64,000 nt of DNA, taken from contig CAVNZM010000015.1 of NCBI GenBank assembly GCA_963693365.1, positions 248,001 to 312,000 on the forward strand, read 5' to 3'. Under the pieces are notes generated by a model. That model saw only the letters and a program-made list of their open reading frames with translations, was not told the origin of the DNA and did no database searches. Position numbers and translations under genes: made by a program. The DNA comes from Amoebidium appalachense (taxonomy: Eukaryota > Protista > Ichthyosporea). Of the stretch, positions 1-36,331 are shown one piece after another (the first letter of the stretch is position 1; every line of letters begins with the position of its first letter).

Positions 1-154
1 GGGGGGGGATAAGGTCTGGGGTGTGTGTGCCCGTGTGTCCGTATATGTACGTGTGTGTCTGTGTATGGCTATGCGCAAGTGTGTGCGTGCATGTAAATGT
101 AGATGTGTGTGTCTCCATCAGTGGGGGAGGGCCCTTTGGTGTATGTGATTTGAA

Positions 155-20768
<20,614 letters not shown>

Positions 20769-20937
20769 GAACAGGTGCCGTGCCCTCCTAATTGTTCAAA
20801 AACATAGCACCCTAGGAGCAAGCGCTAAGCACTGACCTGAAAATAAAAAGGCAGGAAGGCACAGATCTGTTGAGTGGTAACACAATACACCTTTAGACCA
20901 GCAAATTGTGGCTGTCACAGCCTCTAGGAAAGTCAAA

Positions 20938-20968
<31 letters not shown>

Positions 20969-21169
20969 AATGTTAAACCCTTGGCTAGTTACAAGCTGTG
21001 AAAACACCCTATGATCATGGGATTATCTTGCCAGGTGCTGTTCTTATCACCATGGGAGAAGACACCACTACAACAATGCCTACCACAACCATGGAGTGTT
21101 TTTTCCCTTACGGCATTTGTGCTCGAGCTTGCAACAGCTGATCACCTTAGAACGATAGTCTAAATGGAG

Positions 21170-21629
21170 CACTTACGAAGCCCTTTTGTATGCCATATTG
21201 CTATAATCGCCGGCCTGGATTGCACAAGTAATGACGTCAGTGATGACGTCTATCTACTACAGACTACTTTGTGAGCCATGCACCAATCCGAGAAGACCTT
21301 CCTTCTACACTCACAACTGAGCTGGCCGGATCCCGGAGTAGACGGAGTGTGTGTATAGGGTGATGGGTCATGTTGATTGTGGCCACGGGCGGCTTACCAT
21401 CTGAACGCTATGTATATGGCGACGTTGAGTGTCACGGATGTATCAGGAGTTCAGTAATTGCATCTATCCCACTAAATACGACATGCTTTCCTAAACTCGA
21501 GCAACAAGCACACTACTGTAGCAAGTGCAACACAGGCGCACACAAGCAGACAAAAGACCACACTAAATCTCAAAATCTGGTCTTTGCTGTGTGGTGGTAT
21601 TTACCTGGAACGGATCGAGAGCGAGTAAA
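21170..21629. promoter_or_regulatory. Putative bidirectional promoter with CRE and CCAAT motifs
   Basis: Microsatellite-free spacer between head-to-head starts (20768 minus, 21630 plus). TGACGTCA at 21232-21239, TGACGTC at 21244-21250, CCAAT near 21283. Confidence 0.5.
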
Positions 21630-27473
<5,844 letters not shown>

Positions 27474-27847
27474 AATTATGATGCATGCTGGGTGGCAAAG
27501 GTGTATCTTTTCGAATGCAAAACATAGTTACTCCTATTTTTCGAATGCCTTTTGTAGTTGCTTGTAAATTTCAGCAGTATGAGCATATGTTATCATGTTG
27601 TATTACGAATGAGAGAAATGGACTTCTAGCATCTTACGAAAACACTCATGAATTGACGCTGAAGCATGCCATCGGCTTTTTTTAACAATGTGTTTTGTTG
27701 TGTAGGGTTTTGGTTGGTTGACTTTGTGTCTGTTTTTTTTCTTGTTTTAGTTGGGGTGGATTCAATTGCTGTGTGTGTGTACCTGTGCCCTTGTGTGTGT
27801 GTGTGTGGGTGGGTGGGTGGGTGGGTGGGTTGGGGGGGGGGTTAATG

Positions 27848-27883
<36 letters not shown>

Positions 27884-28087
27884 CATAGTGTTGTTAGAGA
27901 TACACATGTATGCAGAGGGATGTTGAAAGGATGTTAAAACTTGGGAGGTCTCCTCCATGAGTTGTGCTTTTCAACTTAAGATAGGTTAGCCACTAAGGAG
28001 TCGTTCTATAAAATTATGCCGTTCTATTAGGTAAAGTGTGAAAATAAAACGTTGAATCATTGCCACACTGGCTGTGCGCTAATTCTA

Positions 28088-28575
28088 CAGTCACCGACAT
28101 GAAGGCGTCGCCAATCGCAGGAAATCAATACGATTTAAAGTTTGTCTCTTCCTGGATCAGCCGCTCAATTTATTAGAAAGAGTGATAGCAAATTCCTGAG
28201 CTCAGATCACCTTTGGAGGCGTCACTCGCCAGACCTTTGAAGAAAGAAAATGCAAAACTTATAAAGTCTCCCTCGAATACATTGCAACAGAACGTACCAA
28301 TTATTATAATCAAAAATTATAGCTCTTGATATTATCTTTTGTGTATAATTGTGTTGAATTCTGAGCACCTAAATTATTCTCCCGAAAGTTCGCTCAAGCT
28401 ACATCGTGCTGCCCCTTTCTGTAAAAGCATTCCTATTGGTTCAATGTTTAGCTTTTTTTGGTTAATGCAAAAGAATGTAGAGCTTCTATGTTGAAGAGGC
28501 TCTGAGTGGATCAAGATCACGCAGAACCTGTTAAATCGCACCTCCTGATTGGCGACGCCTTCATGTCGCTGACTG
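28088..28575. mobile_element. Tc1/mariner-type MITE (488 bp)
   Basis: 29-bp TIR CAGTCA(C/G)CGACATGAAGGCGTCGCCAATC with 1 mismatch; TA on both flanks (28086-87, 28576-77); no ORF. Confidence 0.9.
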
Positions 28576-29235
28576 TAAGTCTGGATTTCTGACGACCACC
28601 TTTCCGGATAGCATTCAATCGATCTTAATTTAAGTTTTGATTAAAAATTAAAGTTAGATTAGATGCCATGAAAATGCCCTTCGTGGGAATTCTGTTTTGC
28701 CCCCTTGCTTGGTGTCAATGAGCAGAACAGGGTCGGCTCATCCGAAAATTATTCTCCTTCTAGAAGGCGTCACCCACAAATGCCAAAAGTTTAAACCGAT
28801 AGTCTCACACACGAGGCTGGGCCATATCGATATGGCGTAGTCGTTGAGATTTTTAATATGATGATATTCATTCACGGTCATGACATTGTGTTTACTGTAA
28901 CATATATTCGCATATATATGATGATATATAACCGGTGGCGGGTGAACCCTCTAGACCAAAGACGGTTTGGGAACTTGGCTGTATTATGTATGTATAGACC
29001 AATCGGAGAAACGTGGCAGAGTACCTGGGGTTGGTGGGGACCCCCAAGGGGGGAGGGGGAGGGGGGGGGGGAGGGGGGGGATAGCGGCCAGGCAGGGGGG
29101 GGGGGGGGATAGCGGCCAGGCAGGGAGGGGGAGGGGGGGGGGGGGGGGGGAGGGGGGATTCAGCCGCCGGGCGGGGAGCTTGGTAGGGGGGTTGGGGATG
29201 GGAAGGTGGGACCCGGGTGGGGGGGAGGGGGCGCA

Positions 29236-29266
<31 letters not shown>

Positions 29267-29588
29267 CCAAAAGGTGAAGTCAAAGTTCTCAGTTTAAAAG
29301 CATCCAAGACCGAAAAAAAAGAGAAGGAACAAATCCGTGCTAATAATCAATAAGCATCCGTCATTGTGATTATTGCGGATACTTTTTGCGACACTAGTAC
29401 TATTTAGTACATGACACACACGCGCGCAACTGTAATGAACAGACACACGATTGCAAACCACCCCCTTCACTTCCACAATCCCAACTCGATCATCCCTGCT
29501 TTCACTGGAATCGATATCCTGGCGGGGGCTGGCCGGTGAAAAGAAGGCTTTGGTTGACTCGTTGTATGGCAGTGGTGGTGGTGGTGGT

Positions 29589-29666
<78 letters not shown>

Positions 29667-29817
29667 ACGCGCTCGTGCGTGTGTGCACGTGCGTGCGTGT
29701 GTGTGCATTTGTGTGTGCAGTGTACGTGTGTCACGTTACACGTTTGCGTGTGCACAAGCGCAGGCACGTGTGTGTATGTATGTGTGTGTCTGCGCGCGCT
29801 CGTGTGTGTGTGTGTGT

Positions 29818-29851
<34 letters not shown>

Positions 29852-30393
29852 GGTGGGTGGGTGTCCACACGTGTTTTTTTTTTGGGGGGGGGGGGGGGAG
29901 GGGGGGTAGGTGGGGGGGGGGGGGGGGGGGGGAAGAAAATGATTTCTTTGCGTGATCGAGCGGGCTGCAAGCCCAGAGTGCAAAATTGGCATTCCACTAG
30001 AACATTTTTGTTAGTTCACTAGTCATTATTACCAATCGGTCAATAAGGGGTGTAGGCAGCGTAGTATTGTACTGTTTTGGGTTAAAAAGCTTGCTATCAA
30101 GGAAGGTGGTCTTCAGAAAAGCCGGCGTACTCAGAGCACAGCCAGTGAAGCAATTATTCAACGTGTAATTTTCATCAATAGAGCCGTAGTGAAATGTACA
30201 ACGAGCTCTGGGTTGCTAACCTATCTTCAACTTGAAGTTGACAAGGCTTGGCACAACCCATGGAGGAGACCTCCCAAGTTTTGTCATCTTTTCAACTTGC
30301 CTGTTGTGCATAAATACAAATTTCGCAACAATCCCCCCCACCCTCCCCCCCCCCCAAAAAAACGGAGGAAAAGGACCCACACACACACACCAC

Positions 30394-30484
<91 letters not shown>

Positions 30485-30748
30485 GGTACACACGCGCGCG
30501 CACGCACACACATTATGGCGCGACATGCACACTACTAAATTTGGTGCGCACACAGGACGCGGTCAACACGTCTATTAAAAAGCCGCAGGCACCTAAATAC
30601 AAAACAAAAAATGTATGTAATTGAAGAGCGCAAGTATTTTTTTGTACAGAAGTACAAACATACACACATGGCACGCGCGCGTACACATGCACATGCAGCA
30701 GCATGCGGACACACACGCTGTCTTGTCACATGAAAATGATGTTCCCGT

Positions 30749-31358
30749 TGTAAACAGTTGAACTAGTTGGGATAAGGCAGAGAACAACTGAATCAGAATA
30801 AAGACAGAGAACGGGTAGTAAGGCACACGCGGCCAGGTTACTATTTAATGTGCTCGTTCAGAGTGATCCCCCGTACTGGGACGGCTTGTTTATATAGCCC
30901 CCAGGTTCCGGATCATCTGGATGGGTGGCATTGATGCCTTCGTGACTTCTGACCAGTCAGAAGAGTGCGGTCGTCTTTATGTGCACACAGTGCACCAATA
31001 ACATGAAGCTAACTAAAAGGATAACTTTGTGGCAAATGATTGGTCAATACTTAAGCCCGTTTAGGTTTATGCAACTGGGTCTGATTTCCTTATTGGTTCC
31101 GTTCGTTTAGCTATAGATGTCGCCTCCGTAGTGGATGAGACTTGCATTCCTATCCTAGCGGTTCTCGAATTCTATTGGTTCATACTGACTGCACGGCCAC
31201 TGCATATTGCCGGCGCCGCGGCTCAGTCGTGAGCCGCAGCCCGCGGCTGTCGCGTGTGATATTGATCTGATCATATGTACACAATATCTACGTGATCACT
31301 ATGATATGTACAGTATATTCGTAATAGTAAACATGTACGGCGTGTACAGATGTTTACA
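30749..31358 (-). repeat. 3' LTR of the gypsy element
   Basis: Identical by eye to 38387-38978 plus 41676-41693; minus-strand TATATAAA and three CCAAT boxes. Confidence 0.97.
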
Positions 31359-31371
31359 CTCCCCCCCTTCT
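31359..31371 (-). other. Polypurine tract
   Basis: AGAAGGGGGGGAG abutting the 3' LTR. Confidence 0.9.
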
Positions 31372-31423
31372 CGGGAGCCTGGTGGTATGGTCTGGAGACG
31401 GTAAACCACCAGGCTGAGGGAAG

Positions 31424-33043
31424 TTAGCGACGTCGGCGCTTCTTTCGTGCGGGCTGGCTGGCAGGGCCGGCCACCAAAGTACCTAGGTAGTCTGTGAGTG
31501 CTCCTGCGGCTGTGTCTTGCAGGCCGGAGTGAGGTTCCCAGGTGTCGTTCTTAGCCGTGTACCCTTTCCAACGAACTTTGTAAAGGGCTTGGGCAGTTGC
31601 CGAGTCGTACTTGTGGGCAATAATTTTTGCCACTTCGAAGGTGGGGGTGGGTGAATCTTGTGGACCAGAGTCGGCTGGCGTCATATCAACGTCGTCACGG
31701 GGAAAATACGGCTTCAAGTGACGTGCGTGTGCTCGAACGGTGTCCGTTGACCCAACCCGCTGAATTTCGTAAGACATGGGGGCGTCGGTAACGCGCCGCA
31801 GGACGCGATACGGACCTTCCCATTTAGGTCTGAGTGCCGTGGGTAGACTGTGGTCGGTGGTGGAGTCTGTGACTGCTTTCAACACCAGACCCTCGAGTTC
31901 TGTGGGTTCACGAGCATTTTTGTTAGCCGTGATTTTACTACGACGGGCAGCTTCAGACATAATTCGTGTGACTGTTTGCCGGGCATACTGCACTCGTTGC
32001 AGTAGTTCTCGACGGTATTCCTCCGTCTCCATCCCACATGAAGCCGCAATTGGGGGGCGGGGGGGCTCGACCGGATCTCTGCCATAAAGCATGAAGAATG
32101 GCGTGTCCCCCAAGGAAGAGTGGTAGGCGGTGCGGTAGGAAAACAGTACTTGCGGTAAGTAGTCAATCCATTCGTGGTGTTTATCCTGCACGAGAGTGGC
32201 AAGAATATTCTTAAGTGTGCGATTGAATCGCTCTACGGCACCATCATGGTCTGGGGGCTGTAGGGACTTGCAAAAATTCGTTTTGTAGCCAACACTCGAC
32301 AGACATCTGTGACCAACATAGCTGCCAAATTCGCGCCGTTGTCTGATACTAAAAATTCCGGACGACCGTGACGGCAGTAGATGGAGTCTTCGAATGCCTT
32401 TGCCACATCTTCGGCTGTGGGTGTTTTGTGAAATAAAATCACTTCCGGCCAGCGAGTGAAGAGGTCGAGAAACACCAACAGGGAAACTCTGAGATCAGAT
32501 TTCGTAGGCATCTCAGTAATGTCCATAGACACGTATTGAAAGGGATAGGTGGGGATAAAACCATCGTGAATTCGTAGTTTCTTTTGCATTCGGGGTGTCT
32601 TCCGGTATTGACAGGCTTTGCATGTGGTTACCCACTGCACCGAGTCTTGCCATACACGTGGCCACCATGCTATCTGGGTAACACGGTGGAAGGTGCGTGC
32701 TGCGTCGAGGTGACCTGCGGTTGGGGCGTCGTGACATGCGGCCAAAACGAGGCGCACAAGCGTAGACGGCACCCAAATTCGTGGTTCCTTGCTGGGTTTG
32801 CGGGGGCCACGCTGTTCTAGGACCCACACATACACAAGGTCATTGTCTATGGTGCAGCGACTAGCTTCCATCGCGATTTCGTTGCCAAATAATTCGTAGC
32901 CCGGTGCTTTTTCCAGGTAGGCCCTGACTTTCGCAATGTGTTTATCAGCCTTCTGTGCTGACACATACTGTTCATAGGTGGGCATTCGTCCATCCGCTTT
33001 TGGGGGAATAAATTCTGGCGGCGTGGTATTAGGTTTCGTGGGT
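31424..33043 (-). pseudogene. Integrase (HHCC, DDE, GPY/F) plus chromodomain, frameshifted
   Basis: HDAPTAGH..CKAC, SMDITE, SDNG, VERFNRTLK, LRPKWEGPYRV, FEVAKIIAHK..LYKVRWKGY..DTWEP, terminal RKKRRRR. Frame breaks at ~33050 and ~32245. Confidence 0.92.
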
Positions 33044-36000
33044 TCAGCTGGGGGGTGGGTGGGTGGCAGCTTGTGCCTGCGCTGTCGCTGCGGCGGAGCG
33101 TGTTACCGCAAACACCGTGGACGAGCCCGAGACTGTGCCGATCAGTGAGGGGTATGTCAGCTCAGTATCTTCGGGTCCTGGTTGCGCATTTTCTTTAGAT
33201 GGCCGAGAGAGTCCATCAGCATTGCTGTGGTGTTTGCCCGCCCTGTGCTGAATTTCGTATGTGTATGCGGAAAGCGCCATTTGCCAGCCTGCAACAACAG
33301 GTTCCGGTGCATCGCCGGTAGACAGAATGCGCGTCAAGCTGGAGTGGTCGGTTCGTAACAAGAAAGGAGCCCCATAGGTGTAAGCGCGAAATGCTTTGCA
33401 CACAGCCCAATACACACCTAAGGCTTCCCTTTTATTCGCCGCATAATTTCGTTCACTCTTAGAGAGTGTTCTGCTAGCATAAGCTATGGGTCGTTCTTTG
33501 CCGTCATCACCTACCTGCGAAATCACTGCGCCCAGAGCATACTGTGAAGCATCTGAGTCAACAATAAAAGGTTTGGTGAAATCGGGGTGAGCAAGCACAG
33601 GTGCATTAATTAACGCATTCTTAAGGGTATCGTATGCGAAATTCTCCTGTTCCGTACCCCACACCCATGCAGCATTTTTCTGTGCTTTCTTTTTCGTGGC
33701 CAAAATAGCTGCAGAATCGGCGTGCAAATTTTTTGCTTCGTCTTTTCGTTGTTTTGCGCTGCCGTTGCGTTTGGCGGGTTTCGTAGAGGGGGGCATTTTT
33801 GCGTGAATTCGTTTTAGTAATTCTGAATCCTCCTTCGAGGTGCCCAGCATTCGCGTGAGTGGTTCAGCCGTATGGCTGAAATCGTCCACAAATATTCGAT
33901 AATATGAAAATAACCCGAGGTCACTTCGTAGCTCAGATAAATTTTGTGGGTAGCTTTTATTCTTTATTGCTGCCACTTTTTCTGGGTCTACCTTAATACC
34001 ATCCGGGCATACGCGATGGCCTAAATAGCCAACTTCTTCCATGAACAAAGAGCATTTTCTGCCTTTCAGTTTTAATCCTGCATCACAGAGCCGGGAAAAA
34101 CATGAATCTAAATGCCCAAAATGTTCTTCGATAGTGGGTGACATAACTAATATATCATCGAGATATATGAGTACATGTGTCCACAGCATACCAGCGAATA
34201 CACGGTTCATCATCCTTGAAAAGACAGCAGGCATGTTACTTACTCCAAAAGGTGCGCGTGCGAATTGATACTGCCCCCAGGGGGTGGTAAATGCAAGTTT
34301 TTCTTTGTCGTTATCGGCTACTTTGACTTGGTGGTAACCACCGTTTAAATCAAGTGCGGAAAACACGCGGGCACCTCTGAGCATACCCAGAGCCATGTCA
34401 ATTCGTGGTAAAGGGTAACCGTCTTTCTTCGTAATCAAGTTCAGCATTCTAAAATCAATGCAGACTCTTAAAGACCCGTCCTTTTTCGCCACCAACACCA
34501 TCGGAGCGGAGTAAGGGCTGGACGCAGGCTCAATCACTCCAAACTCTACCCAATTTTGAATTTGTTTGTGTAGGCTATCGCGAAGGTGATGTGGGATGTT
34601 ATAGGGCCTGCGGTACTGTGGTATGGTGGTAGTTACTTCGATCGACAGTTCGTCTAAGGTACTCAAACCAAAGTCGTTGTCGTGTGCAGAGAACACATGC
34701 TTCCATTTCTTAAGCAGTTTTCGTATCCGTTTCGCCAACGGTTTCCGTTGGTCTGGGGGAGTTCCAGGCATGTCGTATTCTTCTGGAGGTTTGACCCCAA
34801 AAGGCAAGTCGTCGTCTGTGGCGGCTTCCCCGTCGGAGGTACATTCGTGCGTACGCTTTCGTAAATTATTCGTATCCTCCAGTGCAGTGGTAGATGGTGC
34901 CCCATCTGCTGCTTCGATAGTAGGTGGCCCTACCTCTGGTTTTGTTCGTGCTGGATTACCAAAACCATTCATTTTCGTGGAACTGCGCTGTGTGGTGTTC
35001 TCTTTCGTACTCATATTCATAATTTTACTCCGTTCACACACCTTAATACTACCGTTAATATTAGTAGCCGCCTGGAAAGTGTGTGGTTCGTGTTCGGTGG
35101 GTTCTTCGGTTGATTCCTGCGAAGAAAAGTTCGTTTTAGCAGAGGTACCTAATGGATGGCCAGGGTGTGGGGTTGTCGCCCTCCTGGTTCCATTACCGGA
35201 GTGTGGACGTGCTAAAAGAGTAACAGTGTCATCTGATTGCAAGGGAATAAACATGGCCACCTCCGTACCAGGGCCTAGGTACACATGATGGTCCGATGTG
35301 TTAGTCAACAACACCTTGCATTCGTATTCGTCCTCGATCACACTTTCTTCGCTAGTGGAGAGGGGGGGTTCGTTATTCGAAATTCGAGCTAAACTGGTGA
35401 CACTGCATGCTGTTGTGTAAGCCCGTGAATTAAGTGGACCACATGGAACCACTGTGCCCATACAACAGTCTAAAGTTCGTGGTGGTGGTGCGCCGGCAGC
35501 GAGTTTTATTTTACACGTTGCGATATTTGACGCATCTACCGGGAGGTGAATACCTGTGGTGGTAATTAATACGCGAGAAACAGCTGTCTCCTCCGCACTC
35601 CCACGCAACCACCACACCGGAATACTGCACCTGCGATTTCCCTTAGCATACATGAACGAAAGTTCTGCAGCACCGTAATCAATTCGTCCCTGTTGTGGCC
35701 CCATGAAATCAACACCTAATAAGGCATCATATGGTAGATTATCAATCACATGCCATCTGTGCACCACTAGAGCAGATTCGTTGGGAATGGCGAGAGTGAG
35801 AGATATACTTCCTTGGCATGTCATTTCGTTACTTTGTGCATCCAGTACACTAAAATTAGGAACATGCTGAATTCGTTTTCTTGCCACTACAGGGAGAGAT
35901 TCGTAAAATGCTGTGCTTATACAGCTATGGCTAGCACCAGAGTCGACAACTACTGTGACTAGCTTCCCATGCACATACATTCGCGCAAGTGTGGCTGTGC

Positions 36001-36331
36001 ATTTATTTTCGTGGGTTAATGTGCACACAGTGGCATTTTCATGCCGTGGTTCTGCAATGGAGGAGTGCACACGGTCAGCAAAATGCACATTTTTCTTTTT
36101 GCGCGGGGGCGGGGTGTGCGTGTGCATGGGGGGGTCAGTACACGGGGGTAACTGTTCGTGGGGGGGTGGGGCACATGCAGATTCGTGGGAGGGCTCCGAG
36201 ACAACAGAAATTTCCGCACCAGTAGATTTATTTTGCAATTTATCTGCCAGAGGGGAACACAGTTCCAGCTCTGCTATTAAATCAAATACATTATGTTCTA
36301 CTGGGGAGAGACCAGTCCCTTGCCCGCCTTC
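33044..36331 (-). CDS. pol: Pol: aspartic protease, reverse transcriptase, RNase H
   Basis: VVVDSGAS; KKDGSLRVCIDFRMLN, YPLPRID, YLDD; DASQYALGA, REALG, RTDH. The frame is open from the codon after the gag TAG. Confidence 0.95.
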   Translation of the reverse strand, partial: EGGQGTGLSPVEHNVFDLIAELELCSPLADKLQNKSTGAEISVVSEPSHESACAPPPHEQLPPCTDPPMHTHTPPPRKKKNVHFADRVHSSIAEPRHENATVCTLTHENKCTATLARMYVHGKLVTVVVDSGASHSCISTAFYESLPVVARKRIQHVPNFSVLDAQSNEMTCQGSISLTLAIPNESALVVHRWHVIDNLPYDALLGVDFMGPQQGRIDYGAAELSFMYAKGNRRCSIPVWWLRGSAEETAVSRVLITTTGIHLPVDASNIATCKIKLAAGAPPPRTLDCCMGTVVPCGPLNSRAYTTACSVTSLARISNNEPPLSTSEESVIEDEYECKVLLTNTSDHHVYLGPGTEVAMFIPLQSDDTVTLLARPHSGNGTRRATTPHPGHPLGTSAKTNFSSQESTEEPTEHEPHTFQAATNINGSIKVCERSKIMNMSTKENTTQRSSTKMNGFGNPARTKPEVGPPTIEAADGAPSTTALEDTNNLRKRTHECTSDGEAATDDDLPFGVKPPEEYDMPGTPPDQRKPLAKRIRKLLKKWKHVFSAHDNDFGLSTLDELSIEVTTTIPQYRRPYNIPHHLRDSLHKQIQNWVEFGVIEPASSPYSAPMVLVAKKDGSLRVCIDFRMLNLITKKDGYPLPRIDMALGMLRGARVFSALDLNGGYHQVKVADNDKEKLAFTTPWGQYQFARAPFGVSNMPAVFSRMMNRVFAGMLWTHVLIYLDDILVMSPTIEEHFGHLDSCFSRLCDAGLKLKGRKCSLFMEEVGYLGHRVCPDGIKVDPEKVAAIKNKSYPQNLSELRSDLGLFSYYRIFVDDFSHTAEPLTRMLGTSKEDSELLKRIHAKMPPSTKPAKRNGSAKQRKDEAKNLHADSAAILATKKKAQKNAAWVWGTEQENFAYDTLKNALINAPVLAHPDFTKPFIVDSDASQYALGAVISQVGDDGKERPIAYASRTLSKSERNYAANKREALGVYWAVCKAFRAYTYGAPFLLRTDHSSLTRILSTGDAPEPVVAGWQMALSAYTYEIQHRAGKHHSNADGLSRPSKENAQPGPEDTELTYPSLIGTVSGSSTVFAVTRSAAATAQAQAATHPPPS

